64,000 nt of DNA from assembly GCA_040285825.1 (NCBI GenBank), contig JAUPSS010000001.1, positions 3,472,001 to 3,536,000 of the forward strand, written 5' to 3'. Shown one piece after another: positions 1-11,317 of the stretch (within the stretch, counting starts at the first letter, position 1; each line of letters starts with the position of its first letter). The translations under genes and the position numbers were made by a program. A model generated the notes under the pieces. That model was not told the DNA's origin. It was given only the letters and a program-made list of their open reading frames with translations, and ran no database searches. Source of the DNA: Eukaryota sp. TZLM1-RC. Its lineage: Eukaryota; Protista; Metamonada: BaSk clade.

Positions 1-50
1 TTAAATATTGAGAAACATTTGAATTCTTTTTCCTAAAAGTTTGTTATTCT
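1..50 (+). pseudogene. Family E retrotransposon fragment (post-RT region, LNIEKHL...LKVCYS), target of the C+B insertion
   Basis: Identical to 6851-6900; ends in aaaagtttgttattct (35-50), which recurs at 5846-5861 where the reading frame continues. Confidence 0.75.
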
Positions 51-3000
51 TTTTTTATTTTTTTATTAAAATAATTTTATTTATTTAAAGAATCAAATAA
101 AAACAAAACAAACTAAAACACATAAGAAACTAAATTCTCCACGCCAACTCTTGATGAATCCTTATAAAGTTTAGACATCATTAAACTCAAGTACTTGGGA
201 ACACTTCTGTACAAAGCGAAAATGATACGATTTTTCCATAAATTCTCTGCAAAATTCTTACCACTTGAACGACATAAATTACCAAAATCATTGATGAAAT
301 TCAAGGCGGATTGTCCAATGTTGCCAAAAAATCGAAAAGGCAAAAGGAACAAACGAAAACTTCGAATAAAGGTTCTTATTTAAATCATTTAATATCTCAG
401 TATATTTATCTCTCTTACGATCTTCAGCCTTGTTTAAATGACCATTAGTACTAAGTAAAACATCATCGCGATAAACAAAAAGCAAAGGGATCAACTGTAG
501 TGAAATCAACAACAACTTGAGAGGAATCCACAAAAGGAGCAATTAAATCACCTCGACGTGAATTAAAAAGATTATCATCACTATAATGCTTCAACAAAGG
601 TTCTACTTTGCAACTAAAATTGTAACACTTGAACATCTCATATGTCACATCACGAACGGCATTATGAAGAACTGACCTATATTGGAGAAATTTCTTACAG
701 CTCACAATATGACGAAAATTGGCAGTAGGTTTTTTGTTACAAATACAATAAGAATTATCCAAAAGACCACTTGGATACATCCCTAATCTCAACCGCATGT
801 TTTGTTTCCAAGCTTCATTTGTTAAGTGAAGACCAAATGGCCTTGGTTGCTGAGATATTAAACTAGTACAGTTCTGAATGTCTGATAAAAAGGCAGCAAA
901 GACGGGATTATTAATCTTAGTCACACTAAGTCGTTTAGAAAAATCCAGGTCTTCAAAACCAATAAGAACAGACTTCTGTAATTTCACAACAGCAAGATGA
1001 AGGTTGGTGAAAGATCTCGAAGGCACAGCAGGCAAACTTGAAGGAAAACTCCTATTCCAAATATCAACAGGTAGTTCTTGCACCATTTTTCAAGAGAAAT
1101 TAATAACGGATGTGATTCATTTAAAGGAATATGATCAAAACGAAGTTTCCATTCAAAAAGAAAATTTTTCATACCACCAATAAAAGCACTTTTGCATAAA
1201 TACTCTGCTTTTGAAAACCAACTCCACCAAATTTAGGACTAAAAAAATGCATGATAAGGAATTTTAGATGGACAAACTTCTACTAAATTTCCTAAGAAAT
1301 TTGTTCTCAAAGTATTGAATTGACGTGCAAAATCATGAGAAATTGTGGGAGATAAAGAACGAAGAAGATGATTAATTTTTGATCCAAAACACACATTTAG
1401 GACCGAAAACGCTAAATGTTTGTCAATTTCTAGATCTTGAATAGCCAAAAGTTGCTCTTCGATTTTTTCCAAAATACCTGACAAAATCGATTTAACTTTT
1501 TCACTATTTCCAAAATAAGATCCAAGAAACCGAATAGCATCTTCCTCGTAATCAACGTATTTGATAAAAGTTTCATTAAATGCCACCTCCGCATGCTGAT
1601 TACCAATAATGAAACACTTGGGCAATTTAATGTCTAACCCTATTTGTTTGGCCAGAAAAACAAAATGTTGTAAAACCGTGTTGTAAAAAGAGACAAAGGG
1701 CCAATAAGTGATAAATCATCTGCATAAGCACAAATATGAATGTCAGGAAAATCCGACTTAAATTTTACCAAAACTGATTGCAGTGCTAGGCAAAGAAAAA
1801 TGGACCCAATGGATCCCCTTGTTTGACCCCTCTTGACGAAACAATATTCTCAGAATGAAAAATTAAGTTAGAGGGTGATCCATACATCAATTTAAAATAC
1901 GGCAAAAGTGAAGGATAGTGTAGTTCAAGTTCTTGCAAAATACTGGAGCGAAAAACGGAGTTGAAAGCATTTTTAAAATCAATGTTCAATAAATAATTTT
2001 CGCCTTTTTGATTGAAAAGTAAATCTGTACACAACGCAGCACATGTTGTGCCATCAGGAATTCCGATAGCAAACTGATAAGGACGAAAATAATTAATTGC
2101 GGATGACTTAACTCTTTTAAAAGAAATAATTGCTAATAATCTCGTTATGGACTCACCAACAGCAATAGGTCTGACACCACCTCCAGGCTTATTTAAAGCA
2201 ACTAAACGAGATGCCATTAACGCTTGTGGTAACTTGAAACGTCCCATGATGACACTATTAAAAAAGAAAACTAAATCATCCACGATTTCTGGACATATGT
2301 TGACTGCGGACTTCAAATGATCATAACTAAGTCCAGAATGCCCAGCAGAACGACCAGACGGAAGTCCTTTAATAGCTACACTAACTTCATCACAAGTGAT
2401 AGGATTAGCAGTGAAGAAATCACGTTCATTATCAGAGACAATGTGATTTATGGTGAAGTCTTCAGGTGGATGAAGAGAATTTAAAGAATCCAATGTTTCA
2501 TCATTGAAGGCAGCAGGAGAAGAACCAGCCAATAATTTAAGTGCTGAAGAGTATTGTGAACGAAGAATCAAAGACTCAAAGCGCTTTTTGACATTTTTAG
2601 ATTGTGGAACCGACTTCTTATATTTAGATTTCTTGTGTGAAGACATAGCCTTAGAAAGAAAAAATTTCCAAAAAATCGAAGGATTCCAAATGCCCTTTCG
2701 AAGAGAGAAGGTTAAAGATCGAATAACTGTTGCAAGAGAAGACGAATGAGCAGGAGAAACGAATTGAGGGATTGCAAATGGAGGTCTACAAGGATCAATT
2801 GGCGTGCAAGAGTCACAAACCAAAAGAGGTCGACCCGAAACATTGAATCCAGAAACTGGAGAACAACAGAACAAACATGATTTTGTATTACTACTGACTG
2901 AAGACGAATGAAGTATATGTGGAGGCTCAATAGACTCAATAGGTGAAGATAATGATGCCAATACAGCTTCATCTGACAAAACTTTTCGCCGAGGACATGT

Positions 3001-3126
3001 TGTTTTTGTGTGACCAACAGTTTTGCACAAAGAACAGGTAGTCACAGAATTCTTAGGGCGTCCTCTAGAAGGTTTTGAAGTAACTGACTTTGGAGGCATA
3101 GATAAGCATGGAGGGAGAAAAAAAAA
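51..3126 (-). mobile_element. Full-length non-LTR retrotransposon, family C (CRE-like, RT + RLE)
   Basis: 5' T9-CTCCCTCC terminus at 3110-3126, ATG at 3099, stop at 113, A-rich 3' tail at 51-110; all domains present in order. Confidence 0.92.
113..3099 (-). CDS. Family C polyprotein (~995 aa once homopolymer frameshifts are bridged): RGRP motif, CCHC knuckle, C4 finger, RT, CCHC, RLE
   Basis: ORF pieces 1786-3099, 1239-1625, 463-1086 and 113-352 are collinear; motifs CSLCKTVGHTKTTC, GGVRPIAVGE, DFKNAFNS, QGDPLGP, YADD, CIC..HIVSC, HNAVRD, RRGDL, VDFT, RKRDKY. Confidence 0.88.
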
Positions 3127-4740
3127 TTTTTTTTATTATTTATTTTTATTCAACAACAAATATGAAATACACAATTAAAACTCCACATCCTCAAAACCTG
3201 CCTCCCCTACATCAAAACAATTAATCGCTAAAGATTCAGAAAATTTCCCAAAAGAAGATAGTGAATCAGAAATTAGTGTTACCATTCCTTTAAAAATAGA
3301 AAATACAATCCTGTTTTGCCAGTAAACACGATTGAAAATTCTTCCAGTTCTTTCCTTTACAACTACAACAAAATCCTCAAAGAAAGCCATAGCAGCCTTA
3401 CCTAGAGATCCAAGCAAAGAAAAAACAAATGGACATAAATTATATTGGGCATGAGAATTTTCATTAACCGAGGAAATGGGTTTCGCATATTTAGCAATTT
3501 TATATTTTTCGCCTGCAAGAAGAGGATTATTTACATCCGAGTTAATGAAATGTTCGTTAGAGGAATTACAAGGGTCAATAGACATGGCGTCCAAAATAGT
3601 AAAACTACCATTTAAACCAGGAACAACTAGATCACCTCTAGTCAGACCCATAGAAGCTCTGTTGTAACGCGTACTATCAATATTGGGATCATCAAGAATT
3701 AATTTTGATAACAGCGGTTCTAAAAAGGAATCTACACGATATGATTTGCACATTACATAAATTTGGTCCCTGACGTTATTATGCACTTTGCTTCTAAACG
3801 TAATGAAATGTTTACAGTTCAAAAAGATGAGTAAACAAAAGAGGTTTACCACATTTACAAGTTAAATGATTGGGCAAATTGTTTGGCCACAAAAAAACAA
3901 CGAAAACGCATGTTTAGAAGCCATTCATTGTCTTTTAACAAAAAGTCCATAAACAGAGGGAACTTGAGTTACTAAAGCAGCAGCAGAACTATCACGAATA
4001 TCCTTTAAAAAAATTACCGAAAGCGGGATTTTTAGTTTTGGCCAAGCCAAGTCTTACTTCATAATCCAAGCCTTCATATAATTTAACCAGATGGTGCTGA
4101 AGCTTTTTCAAGCAAAAACGTAAATTTGGAAGTGATCGAGTGGGAATTTCTTGAACATTTTGAGGAAAACACTGAATCCAGATATCACTAGGCAAATTTT
4201 CTAATTCAAATTGCAGTTGATTCAAGTAAAAATTTGATTCACCATTGATCAGATGAACATCAAAAGGGAACCTTTGGAAAAATTCAAAACAAAATTTTTA
4301 CCACCTCCCAAAAATGCTGCTTTACACAGAATCGAAGATTTGGTGAATCCAATTCCACCCAAATCTGCTGAACAAAATACATGACTTCGAATTAAAGATT
4401 CATTTACTTCTAATAAAGAAGAAAAAAATTTGACTCGAAGTTTGTTAAAAGATCTGCAAAAATTGAGAGATACCGAAGGGGAGTTGACCTTAAAATATGA
4501 GTGAATTTTCCAGAATAACAAATTTTTAAAATAAAAAATTTGATGTGTTTCTCAATGTCACATTCAGCAATAAAACTAAGATCCTTGTCAAACTTCTCCA
4601 ATAAATTGTTTTACTGGGAATAAATTTCATCCAAATTGCCAAGCCAACATCCAAGAAACTTAAAAGCTTGTTGGTCATAATTGATAAAAGGAATCTGAGC
4701 TCCACCAATCATCAAATATTGTTTTTCTCTACCAATCAAG
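3127..4740 (-). mobile_element. 5'-truncated family B copy (end of RT to RLE and tail)
   Basis: Near-identical to 24841-26440; ends AGFEDVEF*; tail abuts the 5' end of C. Confidence 0.9.
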
Positions 4741-5680
4741 TTTTGCTGTAAAAAGCTTCAACAAAAATTGTCAAAGATTTTTGAAAGCTTGGATTTTGAT
4801 GTTAGACTTGGCTTGGCCAAGAAAAAGAATCCCGCTTTTGCAAATCTTTTACAAGATATGTGTGACAGTACTTCTTCTGCCTTAGTAACAACAATTCCGA
4901 AGTATATGGTACTCTCTTATCCGATTCTGCTTGGACTCTGAATATGAGATTTCGTTCCTTTATCTGGCCTGATAATTTACCTCATAATTTAATTTGTAAA
5001 TGTTCTCGACAAATTACAACTACTCATTTGTTAAATTGTAAACATTTTATTACTTTTAGAAGCAAGGTTCATGATGCTGTAAGAGACCAGTTATATTGTA
5101 TGTGTAAATCTCATAGAATTGAATCCTTCTTGGAACCTCTGTTGTCAAATCTGTTTGATGCTGAAAATGATTTTCACAAGAATAATAGAGGTGATGTCAT
5201 ATTACCTGGATTAGATGGAAGCTTTATTTTATTGGATGTAATGTCTGTTGATCCTTGTAATGCCTCAAATGAAAGGCTTGTTAATTCTGAAATTCATAAT
5301 CCCCTTTCAAATGCTGAAAATTTTAAATTCAAAAATACAATGAACCTTTGTCCAAATTGGCCAGTCTACAGCATGCAAAATACAATTTGTATCCATTTGT
5401 ATTTTCCCTTTTTGGTTCACTTGCACCAACTGCTTTACGTTTTTTGGATGATTTTGAAATGATTGTAAAGAGAAGAACTGGCAGAAATTTCAACAGATTG
5501 TTTTGGCAAAATAGAATTGTGTTTTCTATTTTTAAGGGGATGTTGAAGATGGTTTCTGATGCTTTGCTTTCTCTTGGATCTCACTATGAGAGAGTTGCAT
5601 CTAGTGTTTTTGTTTTGGGAGAGATGGATTTTTTAGATGTTGATTTATAGGTTTAGAATAAAATTAATTTTAAAAAAAAA
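4741..5680 (+). mobile_element. 5'-truncated family A copy (RLE end)
   Basis: ORFs 4944-5462 and 5348-5650 end EMDFLDVDL*; AATAAA then A9 tail. Confidence 0.9.
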
Positions 5681-5845
5681 GCTTCTAAACGTAATAAAAT
5701 GTTTACAGTTCAAAAGATGAGTAAACAAAAGAGGTTTACCACATTTACAAGTTAAATGATTGGGCAAATTGTTTGGCCACAGAAAACAACGAAAACGCAT
5801 GTTTAGAAGCCATTCATTGTCTTTTAACAAAAGTCCATAAACAGA
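5681..5845 (-). mobile_element. Family B fragment (5'-truncation end); repeated at 11318-11481
   Basis: LKDNEWLLNMRFRCFLWPNNLP; same junction ataaacag|aaaaagtttg as 44921-44945. Confidence 0.85.
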
Positions 5846-5964
5846 AAAAGTTTGTTATTCTGGAACATTTACTTAAATTTTGAAATCAACATCACCATCA
5901 ATTTCTTTTTGAGTTTTGTCGAATTTTTAATGAACAGAGAACCAATTTTTTAGCAAAATTATTT
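5846..5964 (+). pseudogene. Family E fragment, resumed after the C+B insertion; repeated at ~11482, 44930, 56277
   Basis: KVCYSG.FT.ILKSTSPSISFEFCRIFNEQRTNF is homologous to the ICYSGKFTHILRST segment of B. Confidence 0.72.
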
Positions 5965-6589
5965 AGTAATTTTCCAGCATAACAAATTTTCAAAAGAAAA
6001 AACTTAAGATGTTTTTCCAATTCAAGAGTCTTTATGACTTCTAGCTCTTTTTTAATTGAATTTAAATAATTTTCAAGGCTGTCAAGTGTCTTTTCGGCGG
6101 AACCTAAACAGCAACCCAGAAAGCAGAAACTAGTTTTACTCATTTACTGCGATCATTACCTCCATCCCTAACTTACAATTTTTGTAGACAATTTAACAAA
6201 ATACGTACCCAATTTTTGGCTTATTTAATGTCTGTTGATCCATCAATTTTGAAAAATCATATTTTTTTCTGATGTTCAACTTGGCGGTGTTGGATTCAAT
6301 TCATCAAAATATTTGACCAAAGCTGCATTTATTGGTGGTGGAAAAATTTTGTATTTGAATTCTCTAGAAGATATCCTTTGCCGAAAATCTTCTTGAAAAT
6401 ACAAATAGCATATTCCTGGATAACTTAAGACAAGAAATATCCAGTTTATCTCCCGACTTATGGCAATCATGTTTCCCCATATCCATTCAAGAAATTCCAG
6501 ACAGAAGTTTATATTCATTAAAATTTGCGTTGAAAAAGCTCCAACGACATCTTTTGAAAAATTTTGAAAGCAAGGATTTTATTGTTCGA
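5965..6589 (+). mobile_element. Family F copy with inverted 5' segment (5965-6135 minus, 6136-6589 plus); repeated at ~11601-12228
   Basis: Minus part ends KICYAGKIT; plus part starts THLLRSLPPS and continues LGGVGF..AAFIGGGKNF. Confidence 0.82.
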
Positions 6590-6900
6590 AACATATTATT
6601 CTGAAACAAATAGCAACTTTTATTCAACAGCGTTATGAAGATATTGGTCTCTCATTGAATATCTCCAAATGTTTGATTATTGGCTATGAACCAATTGAAT
6701 TTTTCATTAATGATGTCAATTTCCCTTTATCAATTATGAACAGTCTGGTTTTCGTTTTTAGGTTGTTATCTCTGAAATATTGAAGAAGTCAAAGGCCAAC
6801 TTTCGACTCTGTTGACTCAATTTGGAAATGAATTAGAATCAATAGAAAATTTAAATATTGAGAAACATTTGAATTCTTTTTCCTAAAAGTTTGTTATTCT
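6590..6900 (+). pseudogene. Family E fragment (RT thumb region) with in-frame TGA; repeated at 12229-12541
   Basis: YEDIGLSLNISKCLIIG..FRFLGCYL*NIEE; the stop is present in both copies. Confidence 0.75.
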
Positions 6901-7763
6901 TTTTTTTTATTTTTTTTTATTAAAATAATTTTATTTATTTAAAGAATCAAATAAAAACAAAACAAACTAAAACACATAAGAAACTAAATTCTCCACGCCA
7001 ACTCTTGATGAATCCTTATAAAGTTTAGACATCATTAAACTCAAGTACTTGGGAACACTTCTGTACAAAGCGAAAATGATACGATTTTTCCATAAATTCT
7101 CTGCAAAATTCTTACCACTTGAACGACATAAATTACCAAAATCATTGATGAAATTCAAGGCGGATTGTCCAATGTTGCCAAAAATCGAAAAGGCAAAAGG
7201 AACAAACGAAAACTTCGAATAAAGGTTCTTATTTAAATCATTTAATATCTCAGTATATTTATCTCTCTTACGATCTTCAGCCTTGTTTAAATGACCATTA
7301 GTACTAAGTAAAAACATCATCGCGATAAACGAAAGCAAAGGGATCAACTGTAGTGAAATCAACAACAACTTGAGAGGAATCCACAAAAGGAGCAATTAAA
7401 TCACCTCGACGTGAATTAAAAAGATTATCATCACTATAATGCTTCAACAAAGGTTCTACTTTGCAACTAAAATTGTAACACTTGAACATCTCATATGTCA
7501 CATCACGAACGGCATTATGAAGAACTGACCTATATTGGAGAAATTTCTTACAGCTCACAATATGACGAAAATTGGCAGTAGGTTTTTTTGTTACAAATAC
7601 AATAAGAATTATCCAAAAGACCACTTGGATACATCCCTAATCTCAACCGCATGTTTTGTTTCCAAGCTTCATTTGTTAAGTGAAGACCAAATGGCCTTGG
7701 TTGCTGAGATATTAAACTAGTACAGTTCTGAATGTCTGATAAAAAGGCAGCAAAGACGGGATT
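6901..7763 (-). mobile_element. 3' part of family C, interrupted by an A insertion; repeated at 12542-13401
   Basis: Matches 51-909; ends at aaagacgggatt. Confidence 0.9.
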
Positions 7764-7764
7764 T

Positions 7765-10169
7765 CCTGAAGTGTGTCCTTTTTGGATTGAAAATCCTATT
7801 ACTGCAATTGAAGTTCTTAAAGCTATTCAAAAATTGCCAAAGGGGAAAGCAGCAGGCCCATCTGGAATTTCTTTTGATCTGTTAAAAATAGCGTGTTCCA
7901 GTGCTCCCGAAATTGCCGATGATCTAGCCCACTATTTTCAACAATTGATTGTTTTGAAAATTAATCCTCCATTTGAATTACTCGCAGCACGTCTGATTGC
8001 TTTAGTAAAGCCTGGAAACGGAATCAAACCTGATGGAATACGCCCAATTGCTGTTGGTGAATCTCTTTCTCGTTTGCTAGCATCAATTGTCTTCGATCGT
8101 GTCAAAGACAAAGCTTCTACATTTTTGAATCCTCATCAATTTGGAATCAAAACAATTGATGGTGCTTCTGTTGCTGCTATTGCCTCTGATACCTTTTTTA
8201 ATGCAGAGGAAAATAATTTTATTTTTAATCTCGACTTTAAAAATGCTTTTAATTCTGTAAAGCGAGAAGCAATTTTGAAGTTATTAAATTTGACTTTCCT
8301 GAGCTATCGAGTTTTTTTCTACCATTTTTATGGGAAAGAATCAGATTTAATTTTTAATTCATTTGGTCTTAAATCATCTTCTGGAGTGAAGCAGGGAGAT
8401 CCTTTAGGCCCATTATTGTTTTGTTTAGCTATTCACAAAACTTTAAATATCATTAAGCAAAAATACCCTTCTATAAAAATAGTTGCTTATATGGATGATA
8501 TATCCTTGATTGGTTCATTTGATTTACTAGAATTGGTTGCTCAAGAAATTGCCGATTCATATGAAAATATTGGGCTTCATCTTAATGCCAGCAAATGCCT
8601 TCTGATTGGCTCTTCTGCTCAAGACCTCGTGATAAACGATTCTATTGTCCCTTTTACTAATTATAGTAGTGATGCTTTTTAAGTTCCTTGGTTGTTGGTT
8701 AGGAAATGTGCATCAAATTCAGAATGAATTACAAGTTATTTTGGAAAAAATGAAAATTGAACTTGATTCAATTTCTTCTTTAGATATAGAAAAACATATT
8801 AAATTTTTCATGCTTAAAATTTGCTACACTGGGAGAATAACCCACATTTTGAGATCTTGTGCTCCTTCCATAGCATTAGATTTTTGTCGTTCTTTTTAAT
8901 TCATTGAGAACAGAATTTTTTGCTGATTTATTGGATGTAGAACCAGGAATGTTGAAAAGTCACTTATTTTCTTCAGCAAATTTGGGTGGTATTGCATTTA
9001 CTAAGTCTTCAATTTTGTGTCAATCAGCATTCTTGGGTGGTGGCAAAAATTTTATTTATGAATTTTCTCGTAGATTTCCTGATGATTCTCATCTGTTAGT
9101 CCCCAATTACAGTCCCTATTTGTATGAGTTATCTTGTGAACTTGAAAAATTACCGCCACAAATTTGGACCAAATGTTTTCCTCAATCAATTCAAGAAATT
9201 CCAAACCGATCTCTATTTAATTTACAGTTTTGCTGTAAAAAGCTTCAACAAAAATTGTCAAAGATTTTTGAAAGCTTGGATTTTGATGTTAGACTTGGCT
9301 TGGCCAAGAAAAAGAATCCCGCTTTTGCAAATCTTTTACAAGATATGTGTGACAGTACTTCCTCTGCCTTAGTAACAACAATTCCACAAGTTTATGGTAC
9401 TCTCTTATCCGATTCTGCTTGGACTCTGAATATGAGATTTCGTTCCTTTATCTGGCCTGATAATTTACCTCATAATTTAATTTGTAAATGTTCTCGAGAA
9501 ATTACAACTACTCATTTGCTAAATTGTAAACATTTTATTACTTTTAGAAGCAAGGTTCATGATGCTGTAAGAGACCAGTTATATTGTATGTGTAAATCTC
9601 ATAGAATTGAATCCTTCTTGGAACCTTTGTTGTCAAATCTGTTTGATGCTGAAAATGATTTTCATAAGAATAATAGAGGTGATGTCATATTACCTGGATT
9701 AGATGGAAGCTTCATTTTATTGGATGTAATGTCTGTTGATCCTTGTAATGCCTCAAATGAAAGGCTTGTTAATTCTGAAATTCATAATCCCCTTTCAAAT
9801 GCTGAAAATTTTAAATGCAAAAAATACAATGAACCTTTGTCCAAATTGGCCAGTCTACAGCATGCAAAATACAATTTGTATCCATTTGTATTTTCCCTTT
9901 TTGGTTCACTTGCACCAACTGCTTTACGTTTTTTGGATAATTTTGAAATGATTGTAAAGAGAAGAACTGGCAGAAATTTCAACAGATTGTTTTGGCAAAA
10001 TAGAATTGTGTTTTCTATTTTTAAGGGGATGTTGAAGATGGTTTCTGATGCTTTGCTTTCTCTTGGATCTCACTATGAGAGAGTTGCATCTAGTGTTTTT
10101 GTTTTGGGAGAGATGGATTTTTTAGATGTTGATTTATAGGTTTAGAATAAAATTAAATTTTAAAAAAAA
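7765..10169 (+). mobile_element. 5'-truncated family A copy with complete RT and RLE
   Basis: ORFs 7732-8682, 8645-8899, 8904-10139; GIRPIAVGE, QGDPLGP, YMDD; A tail. Confidence 0.92.
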
Positions 10170-10324
10170 TTTTTTGGCAAAATAGAATTGTATTTTCCAT
10201 TTTTAAGGGGATGCATAGCCTTGTTTCTACCTCGTTGTTATCACTAGGAAGATATCATGAAGAAAATGTTGAAGGTAAATTTTCAATGGTAGATGTGAAG
10301 TTTGAGGAAATAGTTTTTAAAAAA
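10170..10324 (+). pseudogene. C-terminal fragment of family H; repeated at 15804-15960
   Basis: Translates FWQNRIVFSIFKGMHSLVSTSLLSLGRYHEENVEGKFSMVDVKFEEIVF*. Confidence 0.78.
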
Positions 10325-10329
10325 CCTCT

Positions 10330-11317
10330 TTTTAAGCATGAAAAATTTAATATGTTTTTCTATATCTAAAGAAGCTTGGATTTTGATGTTAGACTTGGCT
10401 TGGCCAAGAAAAAGAATCCCCCCCTTTTTTCAATAATTTTAATTTATTGTATAAGAAAAAGAATCCCCCTTTTGCAAATCTTTTACAAGATATGTGTGAT
10501 AGTACTTCTTCTGCCTTAGTAACAACAATTCCTCAAGTTTATGGTACTCTCTTAACTGATTCTGCTTGGACTCTGAATATGAGATTTCGTTCCTTTATCT
10601 GGCCTGATAATTTACCTCATAATTTAATTTGTAAATGTTCTCGACAAATTACAACTACTCATTTGTTAAATTGTAAACATTTTATTACTTTTAGAAGCAA
10701 GGTTCATGATGCTGTAAGAGACCAGTTATATTGTATGTGTAAATCTCATAGAATTGAATCCTTCTTGGAACCTCTGTTGTCAAATCTGTTTGATGCTGAA
10801 AATGATTTTCACAAGAATAATAGAGGTGATGTCATATTACCTGGATTAGATGGAAGCTTTATTTTATTGGATGTAATGTCTGTTGATCCTTGTAATGCCT
10901 CAAATGAAAGGCTTGTTAATTCTGAAATTCATAATCCCCTTTCAAATGCTGAAAATTTTAAATTCAAAAATACAATGAACCTTTGTCCAAATTGGCTAAG
11001 TCTACAGCATGCAAAAATACAATTTGTATCCATTTGTATTTTCCCTTTTTGGTTCACTTGCACCAACTGCTTTACGTTTTTTGGATGATTTTGAAATGAT
11101 TGTAAAGAGAAGAACTGGCAGAAATTTCAACAGATTGTTTTGGTAAAATAGAATTGTGTTTTCTATTTTTAAGGGGATGTTGAAGATGGTTTCTGATGCT
11201 TTGCTTTCTCTTGGATCTCACTATGAGAGAGTTGCATCTAGTGTTTTTGTTTTGGGAGAGATGGATTTTTTAGATGTTGATTTATAGGTTTAGAATAAAA
11301 TTAATTTTAAAAAAAAA
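10330..11317 (+). mobile_element. Family A piece with a short inverted 5' fragment (10330-10374), a micro-insertion (10423-10452) and RLE end
   Basis: 10330-10374 matches the minus strand of A (cf. 34363-34407); plus strand from aagcttgg; 17-bp direct repeat 10406-10422/10453-10469. Confidence 0.8.

Noticed and set aside
5325-5345. Recurrent frameshift at aaattcaaaaa(a)tac in many A copies, suggesting programmed frameshifting before the RLE lysines
   Set aside because: Tandem twins disagree (6 A at ~9820, 5 A at ~15455) and several copies are in frame; homopolymer error is more likely
6765-6785. In-frame TGA in family E as a sign of a variant genetic code
   Set aside because: It aligns to Gly (CWLGN), so it is a GGA to TGA mutation; Trp is TGG elsewhere and long ORFs read in the standard code
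7732-7765. Apparent N-terminus MSDKKAAKTGF on an RT ORF
   Set aside because: It is antisense C sequence fused by chance to a 5'-truncated A at the insertion junction
9124-9372. Recurrent 82-aa alternative-frame ORF (MSYLVNLK..) and other short antisense ORFs
   Set aside because: They recur only because A copies are near-identical; no motif, and not seen in the other families
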